From an uncultured Gammaproteobacteria bacterium (lineage in GTDB: Bacteria > Patescibacteriota > Patescibacteriia > Patescibacteriales > UBA12465): a stretch of 46,458 nt of DNA. The stretch lies in assembly GCA_964522055.1 (NCBI GenBank), contig CAZFUP010000002.1, positions 308 through 46,765 on the forward strand, read 5' to 3'. Within the stretch, counting starts at the first letter, position 1. Each line of letters begins with the position of its first letter. A model generated the notes under the pieces. The model was not told where the DNA came from. It searched no databases and saw only the letters and a list, made by a program, of their open reading frames with translations. The position numbers and the translations under genes were made by a program. Below are positions 17,329 to 27,017 of this stretch, piece after piece.

Positions 17329-20300
17329 TGTCTTTTGTCCACCTCCACAATCATAGCCACTATTCTTTGCTCGACGGCCTTACTAAGCTGGACGAGCTTA
17401 TTAATTATGCCAAAGAACAAGGATCACCGGCAGTTGCCTTAACTGACCATGGCACCATGTATGGAATTATAGAATTTTATCAAAAAGCTAAAAAAGCTGG
17501 GATAAAACCAATTATTGGTGTAGAAACCTATTTAGCCCCTAATTCTCGTTTTGATAAAAATACTAAAGAAGATGCCAGAAATTCTCATTTAATTCTTTTA
17601 GCTAAAAACAAAATTGGCTATCAAAACTTAATTCAACTTGTTTCTAAAGCTCATTTAGAGGGTTTTTATTATAAGCCACGCATAGATTTTGAGCTTTTAA
17701 AAGAGCATAGTCAGGGATTAATTGCTTTAACTGCTTGTTTGGCTGGTGAGATACCACGCCTTATCAGAAGTGATAAATTAGAAGAAGCAAAAAAAAGAAT
17801 CTTAGAATATAAAAAAGTTTTTGGAGCTGATAGTTTTTATTTAGAGATACAGGATCATCCAGAACTAGAAGAACAAGAAAAAGTTAATCGTCAAATGATT
17901 AAATTTTCTAAAGAATTAAAAGTTCCACTTGTTGCCACAAATGATGTCCATTATTTTAAAAAAGAAGATGCTGAAGCTCAGGATATTTTATTGTGTTTGC
18001 AGAACAAAAAGAAATTAACTGATACTGACAGAATGACAATGATAGGGTATGGTGATTATTCTATGCGCTCTAACAGCGAAATGATAAGCGCTTTTAAAGA
18101 TGTACCCGAGGCAATAGAAAATACTCTAAAAATTGCCGAGATGTGTAATTTAGAAATAGAGCTTGGCAATATTCAATTACCTTATTTTGAAGTACCAAAT
18201 GGTTATGATGGCGATTCATACCTTAGAAAAATTTGCGAAGATGGAATTGTTAAACGTTTTCCAAAAATTAATCAAGAAGAAGAATTGGCTATAAGAGAGC
18301 GTTTAGACTATGAGCTCTCCGTTATCTCTAAAATGGGTTGGCCTTCATATTTTTTAATCGTAGCGGATTTTATTAAATGGGCAAAAGATAACAAAATTGT
18401 GGTTGGTCCTGGACGTGGCAGTGCTGCTGGATCTTTAGTCTGTTATTTATCAGGAATAACTAATCTTGATCCATTACATTATGAATTATTATTTGAACGC
18501 TTTCTAAATCCAGAACGTATTTCCATGCCTGATATTGATATGGATTTTGCTGATATTCGTCGTGGTGAAGTTTTAAATTATGTTGGTGAAAAATATGGAC
18601 ATGATCATGTTGCACAAATTATCACCTTTGGAACAATGGCGGCTAGAGCAGCCGTTCGTGATGTGGGACGAGTTTTAGATGAACCCTATGAATTTTGTGA
18701 TCGTCTTTCTAAAAGCATCCCAATGTTTACTAAACTTGAAGATGCGATAAAAAATGTTCCAGAGGTAAAAGAGTTTTATAACAATGACCCAGCTGCTAAA
18801 AGAATATTAGATTACGCTCTTCGTCTTGAAGGTGTGGCGCGCCATTCTTCAACTCATGCCTGTGGTGTTTTAATAACCAAAGATCCGCTTACCAGCTATG
18901 TGCCTATTCAATATGCCTCATCTTCAGATAAAAGCATTATTTCTCAATATTCGCTTCATCCGATTGAAGATTTAGGTCTTTTGAAGATGGATTTTTTAGG
19001 TTTAAAAAATCTAACTATTATAGAATCCGCTTTAAAAATAATTAAAAACACTAGGGGGCTAGAAATTAATATTGATGATATTCCGCTTGATGATAAGGCA
19101 ACTTATCAATTATTTAAAGATGGTGAAACAACTGGAGTTTTTCAATTTGAATCCTCAGGTATGAAAAGATACTTAAGGGAATTAAAGCCTAGTATTTTTG
19201 AAGATATTATTGCCATGGTTGCTTTATATAGGCCAGGTCCTATGGAATGGATCCCAGATTATATTGATGGTAAGCATAAAAAGAAAAAAGTTACCTATCT
19301 TCATCCTAAACTTTCTTCAATTTTAGAAAAAACTTACGGTGTTGCTATTTATCAAGAGCAGGTTATGCAAATTGCCCGTAATTTAGCCGGCTTTACCATG
19401 GGACAAGCTGATGTTTTACGTAAAGCCATGGGAAAAAAAATTCCCGCTCTTTTAGCTGAACAAAAAGAGAAGTTTGTTGATGGTTGTGTAAAAAATGGTG
19501 TTTATAAGGAACTAGCAGAAAAAATATTCTCTTTTATAGAACCATTTGCTGGTTATGGCTTCAATCGTTCTCATGCAGCTTGTTATGCTTTAATTGGTTA
19601 TCAAACTGCTTATCTAAAAGCCCATTGGCCAGTTGAATTTATGGCTGCTCTTTTAACAGCCGATCAAGGTGACACAGACAGAATAGCAATTGAAATTGAA
19701 GAATGTCGTAATATGGGGATTAAAATAATGGCACCTGATATTAATGAATCTTTTGGAACCTTTACCGTTGTTACCGCCGGAACAAAAGAAAACAGAGCAG
19801 TTGATTCTAAAGAAAAGCTAGATACTATACGCTTTGGGCTAAAAGCAATTAAAAATGTTGGTGAGAATATAGTTGACGTTTTAATAAAAGAAAGAAAAGA
19901 AAATGGACCATTTAAAGATTCTTTTGATATTTTAGAGAGAATAACTGATAAAGATTTGAACAAAAAGTCTTTAGAAAGTTTGATAAAAAGTGGCGCTATG
20001 GATAGTTTTGGTGAAAGAGGAAATCTTTTAGCTAATGTTGAAAAATTTTTAAACTACAATAAAGAATCAGTTCGCAGCAAAGAAAATGGACAAGTTAGTT
20101 TATTTGGCTCTCTGTCTCAAGAAAGTGGTTTACAAAAAATTACCCTAACACCATCTGCTCCAGCTGATCAAAATGAAAAACTAATTTGGGAAAAAGAATT
20201 ATTAGGTCTTTATGTTAGCGAACATCCATATAACAACTTCCGATCTTATTTAAGCGGTTATGCAACTATACTGGCAAAACTAAAAGAATATCGTGGTAGT

Positions 20301-20918
20301 AATCGCGTTATTATTGCTGGCATAGTTTCTTCTGTAAAAAAAATAATTACTCGTAAAGGGGAGTCTATGCTTTTTGTTAAATTAGAGGATGCTAGCACTA
20401 GTGTAGAAATTTTAGTTTTTCCTCGTTTATATAAAGAAAGTGCTAATCTTTGGATAGATGGACAAGCTTTAATAATCGAAGGAGTTGTATCAGAAAAAGA
20501 TCAAGAAGTTAAATTTTTAGCTAATCATGTTTCTACTCTTGATTCAAAAAATCCCAGAAAATCAATAGATGATTTTAAACGTTTAATAATGTCTGCTGGA
20601 CCACCAAAAAAAAATTACCAAAATCATTATCAGTCAAATGGACGAATTGAAAAAAAAGAAGAAAAAGTGGAAGAAGCAAAAAAAGAAAATAAGCCTTTAC
20701 GTTTGATACTGGAAGATAATTTAGAAAATAACGACCTATCTCGTCTTAAAGATGTTTTTGCTAAATATAGCGGACAGGATAGTGTTTACTTTAAAATTAT
20801 AGAAGAAGGGAAGGCGAAGGTAATAAAAACCGCTTTCAAAGTTCTAAATACCAAAGAGTTAACAGACGAACTTGAAAATAATTTTAAAAATATCATCAAG
20901 ATTGTTTCTATAAAATAA
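17328..20918 (+). CDS. dnaE: DNA polymerase III alpha subunit DnaE
   Basis: PHP domain FVHLHNHSHYSLLDG, palm PDIDMDF, HACGVLI, and YRPGPME. 1196 aa. The ATG overlaps the parB stop (TAATG). Confidence 0.95.
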   Translation: MSFVHLHNHSHYSLLDGLTKLDELINYAKEQGSPAVALTDHGTMYGIIEFYQKAKKAGIKPIIGVETYLAPNSRFDKNTKEDARNSHLILLAKNKIGYQNLIQLVSKAHLEGFYYKPRIDFELLKEHSQGLIALTACLAGEIPRLIRSDKLEEAKKRILEYKKVFGADSFYLEIQDHPELEEQEKVNRQMIKFSKELKVPLVATNDVHYFKKEDAEAQDILLCLQNKKKLTDTDRMTMIGYGDYSMRSNSEMISAFKDVPEAIENTLKIAEMCNLEIELGNIQLPYFEVPNGYDGDSYLRKICEDGIVKRFPKINQEEELAIRERLDYELSVISKMGWPSYFLIVADFIKWAKDNKIVVGPGRGSAAGSLVCYLSGITNLDPLHYELLFERFLNPERISMPDIDMDFADIRRGEVLNYVGEKYGHDHVAQIITFGTMAARAAVRDVGRVLDEPYEFCDRLSKSIPMFTKLEDAIKNVPEVKEFYNNDPAAKRILDYALRLEGVARHSSTHACGVLITKDPLTSYVPIQYASSSDKSIISQYSLHPIEDLGLLKMDFLGLKNLTIIESALKIIKNTRGLEINIDDIPLDDKATYQLFKDGETTGVFQFESSGMKRYLRELKPSIFEDIIAMVALYRPGPMEWIPDYIDGKHKKKKVTYLHPKLSSILEKTYGVAIYQEQVMQIARNLAGFTMGQADVLRKAMGKKIPALLAEQKEKFVDGCVKNGVYKELAEKIFSFIEPFAGYGFNRSHAACYALIGYQTAYLKAHWPVEFMAALLTADQGDTDRIAIEIEECRNMGIKIMAPDINESFGTFTVVTAGTKENRAVDSKEKLDTIRFGLKAIKNVGENIVDVLIKERKENGPFKDSFDILERITDKDLNKKSLESLIKSGAMDSFGERGNLLANVEKFLNYNKESVRSKENGQVSLFGSLSQESGLQKITLTPSAPADQNEKLIWEKELLGLYVSEHPYNNFRSYLSGYATILAKLKEYRGSNRVIIAGIVSSVKKIITRKGESMLFVKLEDASTSVEILVFPRLYKESANLWIDGQALIIEGVVSEKDQEVKFLANHVSTLDSKNPRKSIDDFKRLIMSAGPPKKNYQNHYQSNGRIEKKEEKVEEAKKENKPLRLILEDNLENNDLSRLKDVFAKYSGQDSVYFKIIEEGKAKVIKTAFKVLNTKELTDELENNFKNIIKIVSIK

Positions 20919-21013
20919 AAAAATTATTGCGACAGCTGATGAATTTTGATATAATAAAGTTAATCAGATTATTTTATAACTGGAATTTTTTAAATTTCAA
21001 TAAAATTGGGAAT

Positions 21014-22486
21014 ATGCCAAGAACAAAAAAAATAACGGAAGAAAAAAAATCTTCTAAAAAAGAAAAGGTTAGTAAAAAAAATGCGCCTACTTTAAAAAAG
21101 TCTCGAAAACGCGAGTCACTTTCTGTTTCTAGAAAAGTAAAGCCGGTAGTAATTGATATTATTGAAGATGAGGAAGAAACTGCTTTTCCCGACCTTCCAC
21201 CCTTGGAACAAATTCCTGATTTACCAGAAGAAGAGAATTTAGTAACTGAAATTGATCAGCAAAAGAAGTTTTTTAGAGAGCTAGTTAGTGAAATAAAAAC
21301 TAATAATCCAAAACAGCCAGCTGAAAAAGAAGCTTCGCTTTCAGAAGGGAAGAATCTTGTTTTGTATCGCCGTTTAGTTTGGCGTTTTCTTTTGATATTG
21401 ATTATTGCCGCAGCTGCTATTTTTTATTTTTCTTTTACCAAATTAACTATTGCCATTTCTCCTAAAGGAGAAGTGATAAGCGACAATCTTTTAGTGAAAG
21501 TTGAAAAAGGAGGTGAAGAGAATGAAGAAGAGGTTGAAACTGATTTCCGTGAAGTTGTAAAAGGCGAAATAAAGGAGCTCACCTTTAATGAAGAAAAAGT
21601 TTTCATGTCTAGTGGAGAAGAATATATCGGTGAGGAAATTGTCGGCCAAGTAACTATTGTAAATACCACTGCTAAAAATCAAGCTTTGGTTGCTACAACC
21701 AGACTTTTAACTCAAGATAATAAATTATTTCGCATAAAAGAAGCCGTTAATGTTCCCGCTGGCGGAGAAGTAGAGGTTGATATTTATACAGAAAAACCAG
21801 CTCCAGAATTTGCCATTAATCCAACTACCTTTACCATTCCTGGGCTTTGGGTTGGTTTGCAGGATAAAATTTATGCTAAAAATAAAGAAGCTTTTATTTA
21901 TCGTCAAAAAGCTAATAAGTATGTTAAAGCAGCTGATATTGAAAAGGCAATAAATGAACTACAGTCAATAATTTTAGCAAAAGCTAAAGCAGAAACTAGT
22001 AGAGCTTCTAAAGACACGGAAACCTTATATGAATTTTTAGGTTCAACTGATTTTGATTATGATGTAAAAGCTGGTGATGATTTAGAATCTTTTACAATAA
22101 AGGCCAGTAGTTCTTTACTTGTTGTTAGTTTTTCAAAAAATGATATCTATAATTTAGCCGGTGCTCGTCTTGGTCTTTTAATACCAGACGATAAACGTTT
22201 AATAGAAGATGGAATTAATTTTTCCTATAAATTTGAAAATTACGACAAAGAAAAAAATGAAGTTACTTTAAAGTTAGATTTTAATGGCACCATGATTTTA
22301 AAAAGCAATACTAATTTTATTGATAAAAAACAATTAACCAGTTTAACTCGTGAACAACTAGAAAATTATTTAGAGAATTTTCAAGAAATAAAAGAATATG
22401 AGCTTGATTTCTTCCCAGACTTTATTAATCGTTCGCCAAAATTACCAGAAAGAATAAAAATTGAAATAAAGGGACTTGAAAAATAA
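21014..22486 (+). CDS. Hypothetical single-pass membrane protein with a Lys-rich cytoplasmic tail and a large extracytoplasmic domain
   Basis: The tracked ORF starts at TTG 20927, and the first ATG at 21014 (MPRTKKITEEKK...) is likelier. One TM segment (LVWRFLLILIIAAAAIFYFSF). No recognisable family. Confidence 0.55.
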   Translation: MPRTKKITEEKKSSKKEKVSKKNAPTLKKSRKRESLSVSRKVKPVVIDIIEDEEETAFPDLPPLEQIPDLPEEENLVTEIDQQKKFFRELVSEIKTNNPKQPAEKEASLSEGKNLVLYRRLVWRFLLILIIAAAAIFYFSFTKLTIAISPKGEVISDNLLVKVEKGGEENEEEVETDFREVVKGEIKELTFNEEKVFMSSGEEYIGEEIVGQVTIVNTTAKNQALVATTRLLTQDNKLFRIKEAVNVPAGGEVEVDIYTEKPAPEFAINPTTFTIPGLWVGLQDKIYAKNKEAFIYRQKANKYVKAADIEKAINELQSIILAKAKAETSRASKDTETLYEFLGSTDFDYDVKAGDDLESFTIKASSSLLVVSFSKNDIYNLAGARLGLLIPDDKRLIEDGINFSYKFENYDKEKNEVTLKLDFNGTMILKSNTNFIDKKQLTSLTREQLENYLENFQEIKEYELDFFPDFINRSPKLPERIKIEIKGLEK

Positions 22487-22504
22487 TGGCTATAAATTTA
22501 TTAA

Positions 22505-22539
22505 AACAAAAACTCCGGAGTTTATCCGGAGTTTTTTTG
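22505..22539. terminator. Bidirectional rho-independent terminator between convergent genes
   Basis: Perfect 8-bp stem actccgga-gttta-tccggagt, with an A-run 5' and a T7 run 3'. Confidence 0.85.
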
Positions 22540-22548
22540 TATTGCCTT

Positions 22549-23418
22549 TTATTTTTTATGAATTAATTTGCTAAGTTTTTTTCCTAAGACTATTGCCTCT
22601 TTTAGTGAACGTTGATGAAGATTTCGGCCAATTGCCAAACCCGACGTTCTTGATATCTCTAGCTGTTCTTTAGTTGTGTTAAGCATTTCTTCTTCGTTTC
22701 TCATTGATCCGCCAACACAGATAATTTTCGTTTTTCCAGCAGCTAACACCACTTCTTTATATTTTTCAGCTGTTAGTTTAGGACTGTTTGTATTATATGG
22801 ATATTTTAATTTAACAAAGTCAGCATCTAAACAGGCGGCTATTCCCGCACCGCCGGCAATTACATGAATATTTTCTTCATTTATACCTTTGCCACGTGGA
22901 TACATCCAAATAACAGCTATCAGGCCATTTTGATGAGCTTCATTTATAAGAGAAGCAGCTTCCTTTAGCATTTTTGCCTCATATTTTCCGCCTAGATAGA
23001 CGGTATAGCCAATACCAACAATAGATAATTTACTATTCTTTTTAAAATCAATAATGTTTTTTATATTCCACCAAGGAGAACTAGAATCTTTTTCTTCGTT
23101 TTGACCAAGATTACTTTTTCCATTCACTTTTACTAAATAGGGAAGTTTTTTATACTTAGCTCCATATTGAGAAAGGAGGCCGAGATGGGTTGCTAGCAAG
23201 CTGCCAGGAGTTCCTGCAGCGATTTCAAAAAGATGTTCTGGACTAGCATCTTCTTTATTGATATTTGGTCCAAAAAAATCATCATTTAAATGCTCAACTT
23301 TTTGGTCGCCAGCAAAAAGCAGTAAATTGCCGCTATTATTGGTCGCCAGGCGATAATTTTTTTGATATTCTGCCATTTTATTGGTCGGAACGCTTAAAGG
23401 GACATTAATTTTTAACAT
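22549..23418 (-). CDS. Class I fructose-bisphosphate aldolase, archaeal/DhnA type (DeoC/FbaB family)
   Basis: 289 aa. LLLFAGDQKVEH, GYTVYLGG, and DADFVKLKYP (Schiff-base Lys context), with a C-terminal GLAIGRN phosphate-binding motif. Confidence 0.75.
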   Translation of the reverse strand: MLKINVPLSVPTNKMAEYQKNYRLATNNSGNLLLFAGDQKVEHLNDDFFGPNINKEDASPEHLFEIAAGTPGSLLATHLGLLSQYGAKYKKLPYLVKVNGKSNLGQNEEKDSSSPWWNIKNIIDFKKNSKLSIVGIGYTVYLGGKYEAKMLKEAASLINEAHQNGLIAVIWMYPRGKGINEENIHVIAGGAGIAACLDADFVKLKYPYNTNSPKLTAEKYKEVVLAAGKTKIICVGGSMRNEEEMLNTTKEQLEISRTSGLAIGRNLHQRSLKEAIVLGKKLSKLIHKK

Positions 23419-23481
23419 ATTTATTTAAAATTTTAATAAGTTGTGCTATTATGAAATTGTTATTGTAATTATAGCATAATT

Positions 23482-24348
23482 ATGTCAAAAGATAAAAATG
23501 ACAATGAAATAGACTTAAGCAGATATAAAGATTCTGGTGGCCTGTCTTTAAACAAGCTAAGTTTTGGTTTGTGGTTTTCTGAAAAGAGAAAACTTCTAAA
23601 CAAAATAGTTATATTTTTTCTTGTAATAATTTCTATCTCTCTTTTTTCTTATTCAATCTATAATTATATTTTTTATTTCTTGAATTCTTCAGATGATAAT
23701 AATCAGTCTTTAGTGGTAGTATCTTCTCCGAAAAATCAAGTTGCCGATCTTATTGTTTCAAGTCCACAAACCTTTTTAAATAATGGTTCTTATGATTTTA
23801 GCGCCTTTTTAGAAAATCCTAATGAACGTTTTAAGGCTACTTTTAAATACTGTTTTAAAATAGATGGGGTTCAATTTTTATGTGACAATAGTTTTATTTT
23901 TCCCAGTGAAAGAAAGATTCTAACTGCTTTTAATAAAGAGATAAACAATTTACAGTCAAATGTTAGTTTAGAGATAGAAAATGTCGCTTGGCAACGCATA
24001 GATAACAGAGAAATTCCTAATTGGCAGCAGTATCTAAATGAACGTTTAAATTTTTCTTTAAGGGATATAAATTTAAACACAAATAATGATTTAAACAATT
24101 TAAGTTTTGAAATTACTAACAATAGTGCTTATTCTTATTACGAAGTTCCGTTAAATATTTCTTTTTATCGGCAGGGTGATTTAGCAGGAGTTCATCGTCA
24201 TATAATTACTGATTTTGCTGCTGGGGAAACACGCTCGATAAGGCTTTCTTGGATAGCCGATCTTTATGGTGTTAATAAGACGGAAATTATTCCCGAGCTT
24301 AACATTTTAGATGAAAATGTTTATAAGAAATATCAGGGAAGTTTTTAA
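23482..24348 (+). CDS. Hypothetical membrane-anchored protein
   Basis: One N-terminal TM segment (IVIFFLVIISISLFSYSIYNYIFYF), then a beta-rich-looking extracytoplasmic region. No family recognised. Confidence 0.5.
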   Translation: MSKDKNDNEIDLSRYKDSGGLSLNKLSFGLWFSEKRKLLNKIVIFFLVIISISLFSYSIYNYIFYFLNSSDDNNQSLVVVSSPKNQVADLIVSSPQTFLNNGSYDFSAFLENPNERFKATFKYCFKIDGVQFLCDNSFIFPSERKILTAFNKEINNLQSNVSLEIENVAWQRIDNREIPNWQQYLNERLNFSLRDINLNTNNDLNNLSFEITNNSAYSYYEVPLNISFYRQGDLAGVHRHIITDFAAGETRSIRLSWIADLYGVNKTEIIPELNILDENVYKKYQGSF

Positions 24349-24363
24349 AAAATGGCTTAATTT

Positions 24364-25470
24364 ATGATAGCACGCTTAAAATTATATTTAAGAAATTTTG
24401 ATTGGCTGATACTTATATCAGTTATTCTTTTAATAGCCTTTAGTTTAGTGGAAATATACAGCGTAGCTTTAGGACAAGAAAGTTTTAATTCACAAAATTT
24501 TAGGAAGCAATTAATATTTTCTGGGATAGGCTTGGGATTATTGTTCTTTTTTTCTTTTATTGACTCTTATCTTTTAAAAAGCGCTAGCCGGTATATTTAT
24601 TTTTTAGCCATATTTATTCTTATTGCCGTTTTGATTTTTGGTTCGGTAAATCGCGGAACTAAGGGTTGGTTTAATTTTTTTGGTTTAAGTTTGCAACCGG
24701 TAGAATTTGTAAAAATAGCCTTGATTTTATTTTTAGCTAATTATTTTTCTAATTTAGCCACTAAGGTCAAGACTTTCCGTCATTTTTTTATCTCTGCTTT
24801 TAGTGTTTTTATTCTTGTTTTATTAGTTCTTTTCCAGCCAGATTTTGGCTCTTCTCTTATTTTAGTAGCTATTTGGTTGGTAATGCTAGTTGCGGCTGGT
24901 TTTCCAAAGAAATACCTGCTTATAATTGGCGTTAGCGGTATTCTTATCTTTACAATATCTTGGTTTTTTCTCTTTAAGCCTTATCAAAAAGACAGAATAA
25001 TGACTTTCGTTAATCCAAGTGCTAATAGTCTAGAATCGAGTTGGAATGTTTCCCAGGCTATAATCGCTGTTGGTTCTGGTGGAATTATTGGCAAAGGGGT
25101 TGGCTTTGGCTCACAGTCACAGTTAAAATTCTTACCAGAGGCTCAAAATGACTTTATTTTTGCTGTTATCGCTGAGGAATTGGGGTTATTAGGTGTTTTA
25201 TTAATTTTAGGCTTTTATGGCTTATTTTTCTCTCGTTGTTTTTTGTCTTTAAAGAATATCCCTAATGATTTCGGTATTTATTTTATTATTGGTTCAGTGG
25301 GCTTGATTTTTATTCAAATGTTTATTAATATTGGTATGAATATAGGAATTATGCCAGTGGTTGGTCTGCCGCTGCCTTTTGTCAGTTATGGCGGTAGTTC
25401 CTTGTTATCCCTAATGATTATAGTAGGGATAATTGAAAATATTATTATTAAATCAAAAATTAGATATTAA
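24364..25470 (+). CDS. SEDS-family peptidoglycan glycosyltransferase (FtsW/RodA)
   Basis: About 10 TM segments. QPVEFVKIALILFLA, QPDFGSSLIL, LPEAQNDFIFAVIAEELG and GLPLPFVSYGGSS. Confidence 0.9.
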   Translation: MIARLKLYLRNFDWLILISVILLIAFSLVEIYSVALGQESFNSQNFRKQLIFSGIGLGLLFFFSFIDSYLLKSASRYIYFLAIFILIAVLIFGSVNRGTKGWFNFFGLSLQPVEFVKIALILFLANYFSNLATKVKTFRHFFISAFSVFILVLLVLFQPDFGSSLILVAIWLVMLVAAGFPKKYLLIIGVSGILIFTISWFFLFKPYQKDRIMTFVNPSANSLESSWNVSQAIIAVGSGGIIGKGVGFGSQSQLKFLPEAQNDFIFAVIAEELGLLGVLLILGFYGLFFSRCFLSLKNIPNDFGIYFIIGSVGLIFIQMFINIGMNIGIMPVVGLPLPFVSYGGSSLLSLMIIVGIIENIIIKSKIRY

Positions 25471-25480
25471 TAGCAAAAGT

Positions 25481-26098
25481 ATGGAATTTAAACTAAAAGC
25501 AGAAAAAAGAGAATTAAATGAAAAATTAAGCGCTGAATATATCCCAGCCGTTGTTTATGGCAAGGGAATAGAAAGTCAAAGCTTGAAATTGAAAAAAATT
25601 GATTTTGAAAAAGCCTTTTCTTTAGCCGGAGAGTCAAATCTTATTTCTTTAGATTTTGGAAACGGGGAAGTAAAAGTTTTAGTAAAAGATATTCAGAGGA
25701 ATGTTTTAAAGCACACTTTTTCTCATGTTGATTTTTATCAGGTTAACATGAAAGAGAAGATAAACGCTGTTATTCCTTTGCACTTTATAGGTGAATCAAA
25801 GGCGGTAAAAGAACTTGGCGGTATGTTGATGCGTAATTTAAATGAAATTGAAGTAGAGTGTTTACCAAGTGACCTTGTAGATCATATTGATGTTGATATT
25901 TCAGTAATTGAAAATTTTGACGTTATGATACAGGTAAAAGACTTGCCTATTCCTAATGATTTAAAAATTTTAAACAACAATTCAGATGATGTCGTTGTAA
26001 GCGTCATGGAACCAAAAGCTCAGGTTGAGGAAGAGAAGCCAATAGAAGCAAAAACCGAAGAAGAAAAAGATGGTAAGAAAGAGGAAGAAAAGAAATAA
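25481..26098 (+). CDS. rplY: 50S ribosomal protein L25/Ctc
   Basis: The first plausible ATG is at 25481 (MEFKLKAEKRE...); the tracked 25433 start overlaps the SEDS gene. IPAVVYGKG, then an acidic/Lys-rich C-terminal tail. Confidence 0.85.
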   Translation: MEFKLKAEKRELNEKLSAEYIPAVVYGKGIESQSLKLKKIDFEKAFSLAGESNLISLDFGNGEVKVLVKDIQRNVLKHTFSHVDFYQVNMKEKINAVIPLHFIGESKAVKELGGMLMRNLNEIEVECLPSDLVDHIDVDISVIENFDVMIQVKDLPIPNDLKILNNNSDDVVVSVMEPKAQVEEEKPIEAKTEEEKDGKKEEEKK

Positions 26099-26120
26099 AA
26101 ATAAAATAATTGATATTTAT

Positions 26121-26150
26121 AAAACCGTCTCAATGAGACGGTTTTATTTT
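26121..26150. terminator. Bidirectional rho-independent terminator (rplY / prmC convergent)
   Basis: accgtctc-aat-gagacggt hairpin with flanking A and T runs. It overlaps the prmC stop codon. Confidence 0.8.
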
Positions 26151-27016
26151 TGTTTAAAAATAGAAATAATTGCCAGACGAGGCCGATTTGTTAAGTCTTC
26201 TTTAAATACAAGTGAAGAGGTTGGTAAAAGTTTTTTTACTAGTAATGCAAAATTTTTATCTTGACTGGGATCTATTTCGCACAAAATAGATATCTTTTTT
26301 TTCTTATCTTTTAATAAAGAATTAATTTGTTTAAAAAGTAGGCGATAGTATTTAAGTCCATCGTTTCCAGCAACAAGCGCAAGCCGAGGCTCTTTTGATA
26401 TTGAAGGGGATTTCTTTACCTGAGTTGGTGTTAAATAAGGAAGATTAGCTGTAATTATTAAATTATTATTTTTATTTATTTCTTTTAATAATGGTTTTAA
26501 TAAATCTCCTTGAAAAAATCTTATATTCTTTTCTTGTTGATGAAGTTTAGCATTTTTTTTAGCTATTTTAAGAGCGGAGGACGAAATATCACTAGCTAAT
26601 AGACTAATGTTTTTTAAAGAAGGTAATGTGGCTGCCAAACTAATAATTATCGCCCCTGAACCAGTGCCAATATCAATAATACTTAATTTTTCTTTTTTAG
26701 CGTCTTCTAAAGTAATTTTTAAGGCTTCATCTACTAGCAATTCTGTTTCTGGCCGAGGAACAAGAACTTGCTTGTTTACTAAAAATTTTAAGCTATAAAA
26801 TTCGCGGTAGCCAATTAAAACTGCAATTGACCAATTAGCTAAGCGTTTTTTTTCTAAATTTTTATAACGATAAAAAATTTCTTTTGTTATTTTATAATCA
26901 ATATGAGCTAAAACAAACTCTCTTTCTTTTTTTAAAAGAAAAGAAAGCAATAGCTCTGTTTCTAAAGAGGGAAGAGGACTTTGACGTAAAACATCAATAA
27001 TTTGCATGATATTCAA
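26144..27016 (-). CDS. prmC: Release-factor glutamine N5-methyltransferase PrmC/HemK
   Basis: SAM motif IIDIGTGSGAIIISLA. The catalytic-loop position reads NLPY instead of the canonical NPPY. Lies immediately downstream of prfA. Confidence 0.85.
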   Translation of the reverse strand: MNIMQIIDVLRQSPLPSLETELLLSFLLKKEREFVLAHIDYKITKEIFYRYKNLEKKRLANWSIAVLIGYREFYSLKFLVNKQVLVPRPETELLVDEALKITLEDAKKEKLSIIDIGTGSGAIIISLAATLPSLKNISLLASDISSSALKIAKKNAKLHQQEKNIRFFQGDLLKPLLKEINKNNNLIITANLPYLTPTQVKKSPSISKEPRLALVAGNDGLKYYRLLFKQINSLLKDKKKKISILCEIDPSQDKNFALLVKKLLPTSSLVFKEDLTNRPRLAIISIFKQK

Positions 27017-27017
27017 G

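Noticed and set aside
26070-26264. 64-aa plus-strand ORF spanning the rplY/prmC junction.
   Set aside because: It runs through the bidirectional terminator and the 3' end of prmC, so it is spurious.
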